Assembly (NCBI GenBank): GCA_050084985.1
Contig: JBITNC010000001.1
Location: 140,120,001 to 140,184,000 of the forward strand
Length of the DNA stretch: 64,000 nt
Origin: Nageia nagi
Lineage: Eukaryota; Plantae; Pinophyta
Direction of reading: 5' to 3'
In this document: positions 12,552-25,700 of the stretch, piece after piece
Numbering within the stretch: the first letter of the stretch is position 1
How the letters are laid out: every line of letters begins with the position of its first letter
The notes under the pieces: generated by a model
What the model saw: only the letters and a program-made list of their open reading frames with translations
What the model was told of the DNA's origin: nothing
The model's database searches: none
Translations under genes and position numbers: made by a program

Positions 12552-15273
12552 TGTTGAGTTATGTCCCCATGGTTTTGGTTTAACCTAGTATTAATAATTA
12601 TGTTATTGTATTTGTATTTGGTGATCTCATGAATTACATGGCTTACTAAGATTTACATATCATGTGGTATAAAAGGAGCTATAATTTTATTGGGTTAATT
12701 ATTAATATGTTGTAAAAGAAGGTTGTGGTTATCTTTTTATGCCTATAATTAAGTTAAAACCTGAAAGCAAATTAGTGGAGGCAAACCTTGAGATTGGCTC
12801 TAGAATTTGGTTGAGAAATCAAAGAGAAATAACCATGGAAAATGATGAGTTAAAGAGGAGGATTAAAGGCATAGAAGCAATTCTCCAAGACTTAATCAAG
12901 AAATTTTTAGAGTTAAAGACTATCAATACAAGAAAGTGACTGTATTTGGAATAGAGTTCATAAAAAGCATAAAAGTTGCCTTTGAAACTAGAGGTAAAAT
13001 TTGATCTTAAATCTTTTAGAGGTGAAATTAATGCTAAAAAGTTGATTCATCAATGGTTAAAGCAAATAGAGGTATATTTTAGAGTACAAAAGAATTTGGA
13101 TGATAATGATAAGATTTAAATAGCCACTCTCAAATTGGAAGTAGATGCTTTGGTTTGGTGAGAAGCATATTATGATTCCATGAAGAAGGGTGATGAAGTT
13201 AGTGTTTCAAGTTAGAGGAGTTTCAAGGAGCTTATGCAAAACTAGTTTTATCCTCTTCTCCATCAACAAAATTCAAACCATGGAGTGGTTTCATTTCAAA
13301 CAAGAAAAAGGGAAAAGTGTCCAAAAGTATACAACTGAATTCAAAAAGTGGGTTGCACTAATAAATATTTCCTTGAAAAGCTAAGAAACTTTGTTGAAGT
13401 GCATTAGATGTTTGCATAGTTATATTATTCATACTACTTTGATTGTTAATCCTAATGATTTGAATCAATTTTGTATTCAAGATTAACACTTAGAGGATTG
13501 TGGGAAGTCCAAAAATAGGGATAAGGATTCCAATCAGAAGGCATAAAGAGATGGGAAATTCAATGCCATATCAAAAAACAAAGGTAATGGTAAGAACTTC
13601 ATTATAGCCATTGTGATGGAGATGGTTATGATGATGAAAAATATTGGAGACTCCATCTAGTATTGTTTCCTTATAAGAAAAATAAGGATGATGAAAAGAA
13701 AAATGCATCACTAACAAAAATGATTAATGAAAGTAACTTAAAAGGTTATGAATTTGTTGAATATTTTTCATATGTTGATGGAAGGATTAATTTTATGGCT
13801 ATGAGAGGTCCATATTCAAATGATGAAGAGAAGGATAAGGATAAACTTTTGTATAGCAAGGTTCAAGAAAATAAGACCAAGATTGATGCTCTTTTTTATC
13901 CAGGTTCACAAGTGACTATGATTTCAAAGAATTTGGTAAATAAGTTGGGGTTGGAGATTTATCCTCATCCAAAACCATATCCACTTAAATGGATGACCAA
14001 CAAAATCTATATGCAAATCATACACCAATGTAAGTTGATCAAGTTTGCTATTAGTTTTAATTACATTTATGATGTTATATTAGATGTTATACCTCTTGAT
14101 GTTGGTAGAATAATATTGGGAAATCAATATTTATTTGATAGAGATGCTATTTATCATAACAAGAAGGGTGGTACGACTCATCATTTACACCTATTGGGGG
14201 ATCTTAATTATCATTAATTCATGTTAGGAGGGTTGTGTGATAAAGTCCATGGACTATTGCAACTTATTATCCATGGGGAGAATGGTGGTATGCATCTTCG
14301 ACATGGGGAATTATTGTTCAATATACTTATTATCTCTAAGCATTTGGAGACCAAATACCTTTGCATTAAGGTGTGATCCAAAAATTAGACTAATATATTA
14401 ATTTTCCTAATGTATGCACAAAAATATAGTTTTCATCAAAAACATTTATCATTAGTAGGTAGGAAGAGGACTACAAGAGGCCCATTTCTATCATAAACAA
14501 ACCACCAATAGTCCATTCATAACATGGGAAAATGGGAAGCTGAAGAATTTTTAAAAAATGAGGAGTTCCTTAGTAAGATGAAGAGGCAATTTTAGGTTAA
14601 AAAGAATTATATTATCTTTAATAAAACTTCCTAGGGACTTCCATTATTTATGAAGAAGAATTCTTTAAAAGATAATGGCATTAGGAATTGGGAGATGGTA
14701 TAACTTCTTGAGCTCTTAAAGGTAGGATTAAGTAGAAGCCATTAAAGAACCAAAATAGAATCTTCTTGATCCACTAGAGGGAGGTTTAAGAAACTAAATC
14801 AAATTTTTTGAATCAAGTTTGAACTTGAGAAGCATTTGAAGAGTAGAGTGGAGGTATTGAAGAAGTGTTGCATCATTCAATAGGGAGATTTGTGACTATG
14901 GAAGACAATATTTCTCTTCCATTAATGTATTGTAATATTTCTTTTAACTAACTCCATAAATCAAAGATCTTTTAGATTGAATTTGCTCTCACATTGAGGG
15001 GAACCCATATAAACATTCATGTTCATGTATGTGTGCAATTTTCTATTAATTTGATGCTAGTTAAAGTATTACTTTAATGTCATAATTTATACTTGAAATT
15101 TGAGTACTTAATTTTTCAAAAAAATAGAGCACCAATGGTACATTTTTGAATATATTAGGCCACTAATGGTCCTTTTCTGATAGTAAAAATTAATGAAATT
15201 TTTATATTAAATTCTATTATATTTGTATTTTATGATCTCATGAATAACATGGTTTACTAAGATTTATAGATCA
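12552..15273 (+). mobile_element. Internally deleted CRM-like Ty3/gypsy element (gag plus protease, no RT/RH/INT core)
   Basis: LTR 3' ends match (tgatctcatgaattacatggcttactaagatttacatatca ~12622-12662 versus ~15233-15273). PBS tggtataaaag at 12665. gag QWLKQIEVYF..KLEVDALVW. Protease KIDALFYPGSQVTMISKNLVNKLGLEIYPHPKPYPLKW (ORF 13663-14217). PPT agggaga ~14882, then 3' LTR from ~14891. Confidence 0.82.
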
Positions 15274-15432
15274 TGACTTCAAAAATATATTTTTATGACT
15301 TCAATTTATAAAATCATACTTCTTCAATCTCTCAAATATAACTTCTAAATCCTTTAAATGATTTTCTCTTCCTTTACATTTATATAATATCTGATGTAGA
15401 TTCCTACAAGATACCAAAATAGATCTCCAAAC

Positions 15433-18400
15433 TATTATGGGGAAAATTTAACCCCATCGTAATAGGGCACAACTTACCTTCGCATAGCATCAAATCTTAC
15501 AAATCAACCATCTCGAGTAGAGGAAGGACCATTTAGTCATTGGATTATGCCTCTCCCATTCTAATGTCAACTCCTTCCAGTACAACACTAAAGCCATATC
15601 CTTTATGAAAGCCTTTACTTTATGGTTCTATCATGTCATTCGTGACATGCTTGAATGACTCAAGGTACTCTCCTTCCCTTATCCATTCATACCATCGAGC
15701 TCAGACCTAATCACCAATCGATTATCCCATATTAATCATCTTTGATAAAATATCTTTCTCCTCGTGTGTTCTCCAACAAGGTCAAGGTCTGACCATCCAA
15801 TGGCCCATCTCCTATTTCCCCCTCAAGGAATAACACACTAATCCAATTAGGATTTCCCAAGTGGTCACCCATCCCTAAGTGATAGTTCAACCCAAACAAC
15901 CTGACCCATACAACCCTATTTAAACTTAAACTCACACACTATGGGTGCCAACCATGCCTAAGAGCTCTCTTATCTCCCATCCCACTCACCCTAGAGACTC
16001 AAGGTCTTCCCATAGACCAAAATCTAATAACGATCCACTCATCCAACATACAAGATTAGCCAACTTGAGAACCAACATGTGCATAGACAACCAAGACTTG
16101 CACATTAGTCCCACCAGGTGCCCAATTCAAAGTCTCCCACAAGCACCATTCTATTTAGATATCTTATTTTGTCAAAGCCATCTTATTCCATACATATCAC
16201 TTTGATTCATGTGAGTGGGATGCCATCCCCATGCTACCATATTAGTAGAAAATCCCCTTCTTACTTGTTAGGGTAGATTTGATCTCTTAATCAAATTCTA
16301 AACACAAAATGCTATATTGATGATAAATAAGTTGATGAATGTGCCAATGGATGCCTCTTTGGTTTCCTAACTTGGCCTTGTGGGTACCCACAAAAATAGG
16401 ATCCTCCATAAGATCCACCACATCTATTTAATGTCATGTGCACCCATCAAGTGATAGAGAGTTCTTCCACCCCACCATATACTCCCCTAGTTGATTCAAT
16501 AATGCCCTCATCATTGGGAAAAATGGATACCACCTCCAATGGCTCTTCTTCTCTTAACACTCACACTACTACGTTTCACTAATCATTAAGCCATATAACA
16601 TTTTATCGAACCATTCAACCTACACATGAGATATGTATCTCTCCATATCCACAAGAATTCTCTCATGAACCTTACACTTATTTATGAGAGTGTGATACCT
16701 TTCACAATATGGTTGGAACTCATTTATCATTTAACTCAAACCCCCCTACCAAATTTGTACCAACCAAACCTCAACTTGTCTCAACACCCTCTTCTCTCCT
16801 CACCATTGTCAACACATTCCTATCCCATAATGAAGTGCCTCCAAGCCTAGGTAATCCATAACTCAGGGTGGAATGCATAGCTAATCGCTTCATGGTTGAG
16901 TTGCTAAGAGTCCCTTCATATTCCAACACCGAGTACCATCATCTCACTTTAATACCAACTATTGTGGGGAAAATTGAACCCCATCCTAATAGGATACAAC
17001 TTACCTTCACACAACACTAAATATCCCAAACTGACTATCCTAAGTAGAGGAATGATCATTTATTCATCAGATTACACCTCTCCTATTCGAATGTCAACTC
17101 CTTCTAGTACAAAATTAGAACCATATGCTTTATGGAATCCTTTACTTTATGGCTCTATTATACCATGCTTGAATGAATCAAGGTATTCTCCTTCTCTTAG
17201 TCATTCATACCATCGAGCTGAAACCTACCATCACCAACCAACCATCCCATATCAACCATATCCAACAAATCATCTTACTCCTTATGTGTTCTCTAATAAG
17301 GTTAGAGTCCAACCATCTATTGGCCCATCCCCTCTTGCATCTTCAAGGAACAACACACTCATCCAATCAAGACTATTTAAGTGGTCACCCATACTTGAGT
17401 GATGATTCAACTCAAATAGCCTGACCCATCTAGCCCTCTCCAAACTTAGGCTTGCACACCATAGGTTCCAACCATGCTTAGAAACTCACTTTTCTCCCAT
17501 CCTGTTCACCTTGGAAACTTAAGATCTTTCCATAGACTAGCATCCAAGAATGGTCTACTCATCCAACATACAAGATCATCCAACCTAAGAACCAACACAT
17601 GCATGAACAACCAAGAATTGCACACGAATCCCATTGGGTGCTTAGTTTAAAGTCTTCCATAAGCACCATCCCATTTAGCTATCCTAGTCCCTCAAAGTCA
17701 TATAGATCCATTTGTATCACTCTAAATCATGTGATTAGGATACCATCCCCATGCTACCATCCTAGTAGAAAATCCTCTTCTTGCTCATTAGGGCGTATCC
17801 AATCTCTCAATTGAACCCAAACCCTAGACACAACATGCCCTATTGACCAAATATAGGTTGATAGATGTATTTATGGATGCATCCTTGGTTTTCCAACTTA
17901 GTCATATGGGTTACCACACATACAAGATCCACCATATCTATTTAATATTGTGTGCACTCAACATGTGTGAGGGAGTTCCCTCAGCCCACCATATACTCCT
18001 TGGTTGATTCAATGATGCCCTAATCTCTAGGAAAAATTGATACCACCTCTAATGAATCTACTTCTATTGGCACTCACATTTCTATGCTTGCACTAAGTCA
18101 TTAAGTCATCCCACATGCTATCAAACCATTTGATCCACACATGAGATACTTATCTCTCTAGATCCATAAGACTTCTCTCATGAGCCTTATACTTATGTAT
18201 GAGAGTTTGATACCTTTCACACTATGGTTGGAATCCATTTATTATTCCACTCATACTTCCTTTTTGAACTCACATCAACCAAACCTTGATTCATTTGAAC
18301 ACCCTTGTCTCTCCTCACCATTGCTAACATATTTCTATCCCATAGCAAAGTACCTCTAGGCCTAGGTAAGCTAGAACTTGAGGTGGAGTGAATAGATAAC

Positions 18401-21400
18401 TACTTCATGGTAAATCTACCAAGAGTCCCTTCATAACCCAACACCAAGTCCTATCATCTCACTCTGATACCAATTATGTGGGGCACATTGTACCCCATTA
18501 CAATAGGGCATAACTTACCTTCACATGACATAGGATCTCCCAAACTGATCATCATGAGTAGAAGAATGATCATTTAGTCACTCGACTACACCTTTCCCAT
18601 TATAATGTTAACTCCTTCCAGTATGAACATAGAACCATGTGCTTTTGTATAAGCCTTTACTTTATGGCTCTATTGTATAATGTATGATATGCTTAAATGA
18701 CTCAAGGTACTCTCCTCAAACCTTCCATAACCAACTGATCATCCCATACCAATAATTTTTGATAAATGGAATAACACACTCATCTAGTTGGGAATACTGA
18801 GGTGGTCACTCATCCTTTAGTGATGGTTCATCCCAAACAACTTGACTCATTTGGAACTCTTTGAACTTAGGCTCATGCATCGTGGGTGCCAGCCATATGT
18901 AAGAGTCCTCCTTATCTCCTAGCTTGCTCACCTAGATGACTCAAGGTATTACCACAAAATAGAATCTAATAATAATATGCTCATCCAACATATCAAATCA
19001 GCCAAATCATGAACCAACATCTATACAAATAACCAATAATTGCACACTAATCCCACTAGGTGCCCACCTCAAAGTCTCCCACAAGCCCCATCCTATGTAG
19101 TTACTTTAGTCCATCAAATCCATCTTAGTTCATCTATATCACTCTAAATTATGCAAGTGAGATACCATCCTCATGTTATCATCTTGGTAGAAAATACCCT
19201 TCATACTCTCCAAGGTGTATTTAGTATCTCAATCAAACCCTAAATATAATACATCTTATTGACCATAGATAGGCTGATAGATGTGCTGATGGATGCCTCC
19301 TTAGTTTCCCAACTTGGTTGTATGATTTCCCTAAAACAAAAGATCCTCCATAATATTAACCACACTTATTTAACCTTGTGTATACCTAAAAAGTGACAGG
19401 GAGTTCATCCACCCCATTATATACTCACTTGGTTGATTGCCCTCGTTGTTGGGAAAAATTGAGACCACCTACAATGACTCTACTTCTTTTGACATTCATG
19501 CTATCATGCTTGCACTAAGTCATTGAGAAATCCTACATGCTATTGAACCATTCAATCCACATATGAGATACTTATCTCTCCAAATCCATAATACTTATCT
19601 CATGAACCTTACACTTATGTATGAGAGTGTGATACCTTTCACATTATGGCTAGAACCCATTTGTCATTCCACTCAGACTCCTCTACTGAACTTGCACCAA
19701 CTAAATATTGACTCATATCAACACCCTCATCTCTCCTCACCATTACCAACACATTCCTATCCCACATCAAAGTGCCTCTAGACTCAGGTAAGCCAGAACC
19801 CAAGGTGGAGTGCATAGCCAATTGCTTCATGGTTGAGTCACCAAGAGTCCCTTCATAACCCAATACCAATTCCCATCATATTGATCTAATACTAGCTATT
19901 ATGGATCAAATTGAACCCCACTGTAATAGGGTGTAACTTACCTTCACATAGCATTGGATCTCCCAAACTAATCATCTTGAGTAGAGGAATTACCATTTAG
20001 TCATCATACTACATCTTTCCCATTCTAATATCAATTCCTTCTAGTACGATACATGAACCATGCACTTTGTTAAAGACTTTACTTTGTGGATCTGCCATGC
20101 TACACATGACATGCTCAAATGACTCAAGGTAGAAGATGGATCCTAGGCATAGTTAGCACTAACTATGTGCAAGCCTATGTTTAGAGAGGGTTGGACGAGT
20201 CAGGTTGTTTGGGTTAAACTATCACTTAGGGATGGATGACTAGCTAGGCAATCTCAATTGGATGAGTTTTTTATTCCTCAAGGAGGTAAGAGGGGATAGG
20301 CCAATGGATGGTCAAACCTAGGACTTGATGGAGAACACAAGAGGAAAGAAATAAATTATATTAATGTCCATGGGAGATAAAGAATGGTCTATGAGACTAT
20401 AGAGGGAGTTAAAATGTATGTCTTTGGTGGGAGTGAAACATGGGACGCATGACATAGCAAGATGATTTGTTGGAGATGGATGGTATGGGATGGTTGGTTG
20501 GTAATGGCAAGTATTATCTTAATGGTACAAATGGATAATGGAAGGAGAGTACCTTGATTTATTTGAGCATGTTGCATGTGGTACGATAGAGCCACAAAAT
20601 AAAGGCTTCCATAATGTACATGGTTCTAATATTGTACTGGAAGGAGTCAACATTAGAATGGGAGAGGCATAGTCCAATGATTGAATAATTGTTCCTCTAT
20701 GGGATGGTCAGTTTGGGAGATCTAGTACCATATGAAGGTAAGTTATGCCCTATTATGATGGGTTTCAATTTTTCTCATGATATTTGGTATCAAATCAAGA
20801 TAATGGTACTTAGTGTTGGGTTGTGAAGGGACTCTTGGTTGCTCGAACATGAAGCAGTTGGGTATGTGCTCCACCTCATGTTCTAGCTTTACATGGGCTT
20901 GGAGGCACTTTGCTATGGGATAGGAATGTGTTGACAATGATGAGGAGAGATGAGGGTGTTGAGATGATTCAAGGTTTGTTGGTGAGATTTCGGTAGGGGA
21001 GTCTAAGTGGAATAACAAATGGGTTCCAATTATAGTGTGAAAGGTATAATACTCTCATACATAAGTGTAAGGTTTATAAGAGAAGTCTTATGGATACGGA
21101 GAGATAAGTATATCATCTATGTGTCGAATGGTTTGATAGCATGTGGGATGGCTCAATGACTTAGTGCAAGCATGCAAGTGTGAGTGTTGAGAGAATCATA
21201 GTCATTGGAGGTGGTCTCAATTTTTCCCAATTATGAGGGCATCATTGAATCAACCGAGGGAGTATATAGTGGGGTGGGGGAACTCTCTCTCAATATTTGG
21301 GTGCACATAATGTTAAATAGGTATGGTGTATCTTATGGAGGATCCTATTTGTATGGGCAACCATACAACCAAGTTGGGAAACCAAGGAGGCATCCATTGG

Positions 21401-22292
21401 TACATCTATCAACCTATCTATGATCAATAAGACATGTTATATTTATGGTTTAGCTGAGAGACCAGATTTACCCTAGTAGGTAAGAAGAGGGTTTTCTACC
21501 AAGATGGTAGCATAGGAATGTTATCCTTCTTGCATGATTTAGAGTGATATGAATGGACCAATATGAATTTGACAGACTAATATAGCTAAATAAGATGATG
21601 CTTATGGGAGAATTTGAACTGGACACCTAGTGGGATTAGTATGTGAGTCTTGGTTGTCCATGCACATGTTGGTTCTTGAGTTGGATGATCTTATATGTTG
21701 GATGTGTAGATTATTCTTGGATGTTGGTCCATGGGAAGACCTTAAGTATCTATGATGAGCGAGATGGGAGACAAGAGCTTCTAGGCATGGCTGGCATCCA
21801 CGGTGCATGAGCTTAAGTTTAGAGAGGGTGGGATGAGTCAGGTTGGTTGAGTTGAACCATCACTCAGGGATTAGTAACCACATGGGTAGTCCTAACTAGT
21901 GAGTGTGTTATTCCTTAAGGGGGTAAGAGGGGATGGGCCAATATATGGTCAGACCCTAACTTTGTTGGAGAACACATAAGGAGTAAGATGATTTATTAGA
22001 GACAACTGGTATGGGATGGTCAGTTGGTGATTGAAGGTATGAGCTTAGTGGTATGAATGGATAAGGTAAGGAGAGTAACTTGATTCATTTAATCATGTTG
22101 TCCATAGCATGATAGAGCCACAAAGTAAAGGCTTCCACAAAGCACATGGTTCTAGTGTCATTCTAGAAGGAGTCAACATTAGAATGGGAGAGGCATAGTT
22201 TGATAATTGAATGATCATTCCTCTACTTGAGATGTTCAATTTGGGAGATCTGATGCCATGTGAAGGTAAGTTGCACCCTATTATGATGAGGG
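15433..22292. mobile_element. Tandem array of a large Cassandra-like TRIM (non-autonomous LTR retrotransposon with a 5S rRNA-derived segment in the LTR), with an internal inversion
   Basis: Period ~1.5 kb. Minus-strand units: LTR 15433-16479, internal 16480-16959, LTR 16960-17993, internal 17994-18474, LTR 18475-19421, internal 19422-19896, partial LTR 19897-20131. Plus-strand units: partial LTR ~20140-20782, internal 20783-21264, LTR 21265-22292 (truncated). PBS for tRNA-iMet: ctctgatacca at 18462-18472 (revcomp TGGTATCAGAG), decayed copies at 16946-16957 and tggtatcaaa at 20785. PPT: gagggag at 21256-21262 and actcccct at 16481-16488. Terminal inverted repeat tat(g/t)gtgggg...ccccac(c/a)ata. 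No conserved ORF. Confidence 0.88.
15849..15907 (-). promoter_or_regulatory. 5S rRNA-derived internal Pol III promoter-like segment (box A-like to box C) in LTR copy 1
   Basis: Revcomp reads gggtcaggttgtttgggttgaactatcacttagGGATGGGTGACCacttgggaaatcct versus plant 5S GTTAAGCGTGCTTGGGCGAGAGTAGTACTAGGATGGGTGACCTCCTGGGAAGTCCT. The last 26 nt match 23/26. TGTTTGGG resembles TGCTTGGG at near-identical spacing (16 vs 14 nt). Homologous copies at 17369-17427 (-), 18790-18848 (-), 20197-20256 (+) and 21835-21894 (+). Confidence 0.78.
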
Positions 22293-22714
22293 ATTAGATG
22301 AACTATGCAAAGCATGGGACAAGGAAGCATGGGTGTGCATGTTGGTGTAGACAATACCTTGAAAGTAGATTGTTTTGGTACCCCTTGATCATGTTGGAGG
22401 GTTTTTTTTTAATTTTAAGAAATCCTAAAATATAGCTAATATGAGGCCCAAAATGGAATCATGTATCCGTTATTTAATACATGCAATTATTCTAAAAATA
22501 GAACTAAAAATAAATGAAAAATTTGGGTTTTTCAATGAACATTTTAGGCCTCAAAATTATCTCCAATAGGATACAATACAAACTTATAGATCTTAAAATT
22601 ATGCACAATTTAAAAAAAAATGACCTCAAAATGATATTTGGATCAAAAGTTATGCCCTTCAAAAGTTGTAACATTATTTTGTCACATAAAGAAAGTGTAA
22701 CTGGATATTGTAGG

Positions 22715-25700
22715 TGCATCAATATCATTTACATATACATCTAAAAACTTATGGATTAAATCATGAAATACAATTACCATAACACGCTAATATGTAGCTC
22801 CTACATTCTTCAATCCAAATGATATGACCTTGTAGAAAAATGCATCCCATGGTGTAGTTAAAGTTATCTCTTATTGACTTGTTAGGTTGATTTGAATATT
22901 ATTATTACCTAACAATACATCCATAAATGAAAAATCTCATGGCGTTTTATGTTTTCCACTATCATATAAATGTTGAGCAATGGGAAATCATCTTTTGGGC
23001 ATGCATTATTGATATATCTAAAGTTCATACAAACTTTAATTTCTCCAATTGGCTTTATAATAGGAACAACATTTGAAATCCAATAAAATTAGTTAATGGT
23101 CTTAATGAATCCAATTTTCAAATACTTTTCTAACTCCTTTGCTAAAAAATCTATTTTTGGATGCTTCTTCTTAAGGATTTTCTTTATTGGTTTTGCATTG
23201 TATCAAATAACCAAACATTGAGAAACAAAATCATGATCTAAACTAGGTATATCAACATATGACAAGACAAATATCTCTTTATGTATCAAGAATATTTTTT
23301 GATACATATTTTTTTATTCTACAATAAAATATCCTCTAAAATAGGTCATTCTAGGCTCTCCTTTAGTACTAATATTTATCTCCATAATTACTTCATTCAG
23401 GGTTAATATTTCATTACTAAATTGCAATGACATAGGAAGAATTCCTAACCTTGCACAACAATAATATGTTAGACCTCAATATGAAAACTCAATATCATCA
23501 ATGCTATTGTTGCATAACAACAACACAAGTGTTTTCATTTTTATGTATTTTTCTCATTTTTATTTTCTTTTTTTTTCCTATTTTTTTCTTCGAAGTGACT
23601 CCTACTAATTACCTAGTTTTCAAGTCACTTGTCTATTTGCACTAGCAAGTTGATTTTCATAAATGAAATCATTTTTCCAAAGGTAGAGAGTCAACTAAGA
23701 ATGGTTTTCATATTCACCTTTGTGCTTGTAGCACATGCTACAATTTTCATTATAAGATATTTTCTTCCTTTTTTTTGACAATGTTGATGTTATTACAAGA
23801 TTATAATAATGTCTACGTTGTTTTTTTTCTACATAAATAAAAATAAATGAAATAAACTTAATGTAGTAGGTAAGTACCTATTATGTTATCCTAATCTAAA
23901 ATATTATATTCTCTAAAATAGGCTTTTGCATTCATGATAAAATTAACATTTCTCTTGATGTTATACTTTAGTAACTCGGATCTTTCTCCTATGAATTCCA
24001 ATATGGCACCATGAAACTATAAACAATCAAATATTAACTTCATATTTTATTCTATCCATTTCTCCTCATCAATCTATTTTAATAATTTGAATTTCTTAAT
24101 GAAATTCATCTCTTGAAATAATAATGCATAATCAAATGTATCCTCCTTATCATTCTATTGATTTCCAAATTTTGTTACATATTTTAATATCTTTAGATCT
24201 CTTATATTTCAAGGGAATAACTATAAAACTTGATCATTTTTATGAGTACATCCTCCTTGATAATTGCATTTCTCAACTACATATCTCTAAACAAAACTAT
24301 TATTTTTGAATAAGAAAAACTTCTCATCTAGATTGCATTTTTTCATCTGATCACCATTTTTATTTATCTTTGCCCCTGATGGATCTAGTTTTTTTACCTT
24401 ATGTTGTTGCTACTTTGAATAATTATTTTCATTTTTATAATTTGAACAAAATATACTACTTTCATTTCTATTTGATTATAGTGCATCATTGACATTATTG
24501 AATATGAGCTATTTTTAGTCATCCCACATCTTTATGAAAGTCATTGGATCTAGGTCTTAAATTATGTACAGTCCTAGTCTTATTTCCATAAACCTGATAT
24601 GTTATTTTATCTTTTTTATATTGGTATGATCTTCCTCTTCACTTTCACTAACTTTAAACAAATTTACCCTAATGTGAAGTACTTAAATAAATGATAAATA
24701 TATCATGTTACAATACTTAAAAGGTTTTTTACTTGCTTCAATCTTATAGAATTTACCATAATGCTTAAATTTAAAACATCCATGTAATATAGAAGTAACC
24801 ACTCTCATGGCATGGATCCAAGGTCTTCTAAGAAATAAATTATATGAAAATTTTGCACTTATGATTTGGATTGTACTAACAAGAATTTTAGACCCAAGTT
24901 CTAATGGTAATTTAACTAACATTATCAAAATCTTTTATTTGCATTATTGGCTCTTCAAATGGAGGGATTTTATATATTTTCATCTAAATATCTCAACCCT
25001 AATCCTAAATCAACTAATATTTTTTTAATTTTAACCCCATGAATATGATTTTTAATGTAAAGAGCCTACAAACTTTCATTTATCACTTTTTCACTTGGAA
25101 ATTCAGTAATCAAATCTTATGATATTACTTTTCTTCAAAGAATCCACAACTTAAAAAAATGTAGAAGAAATTAAATTTTTAGGAACTTATTCACTTTTAA
25201 ATGCTTCATACAAAATATCTCTATGCGGCTTTGAGATCTAACTAAGTTCAGAGAGACTAATTTTTGCTTGTGTATTTTTAAGTTGTTCTAGCATATTGTG
25301 GGTTCATGGATCAAGTGGGAAGTCTAATTTATCTTATGTAATAGGATTTGAGATTGCCTTTGGACACTCTCTTTTAATATTTTCATAAAATTCTTCACTA
25401 AGTTAAAAATAAAATTAGCTTACAATTGATCTTGATTTTCTTGAATTAGTTTTCTTGTACGCCATATTTCGCTTTTGGAATGAGATCCAAGGGAACTACC
25501 TCTGCATGTTTACAATGGTTTGTACAGTGGATTCGTATTTGATGATATGAACTATAGTAATCCTAATTTTCTCCTTCTATAATACTATCATCTTGTGCCC
25601 TTTTTTTATAATGGTTTCAATATATTCTTCTTAATGAGATATAAGAGGATAAATCTAGGCTACATTAGAAAAAGTGAATTTTTGTGTGTTGTAGATCTAG

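Noticed and set aside
15849-15960. Bona fide 5S rRNA genes or a 5S rDNA array
   Set aside because: Only the internal promoter and 3' part resembles 5S. The 5' ~50 nt and an oligo-T terminator are absent, and the units carry a PBS and PPT.
15732-21808. Many short ORFs within the tandem array (e.g. 16962-17402, 146 aa)
   Set aside because: Frames and stops are not conserved between units and no domain motifs are present. They are by-products of the higher GC.
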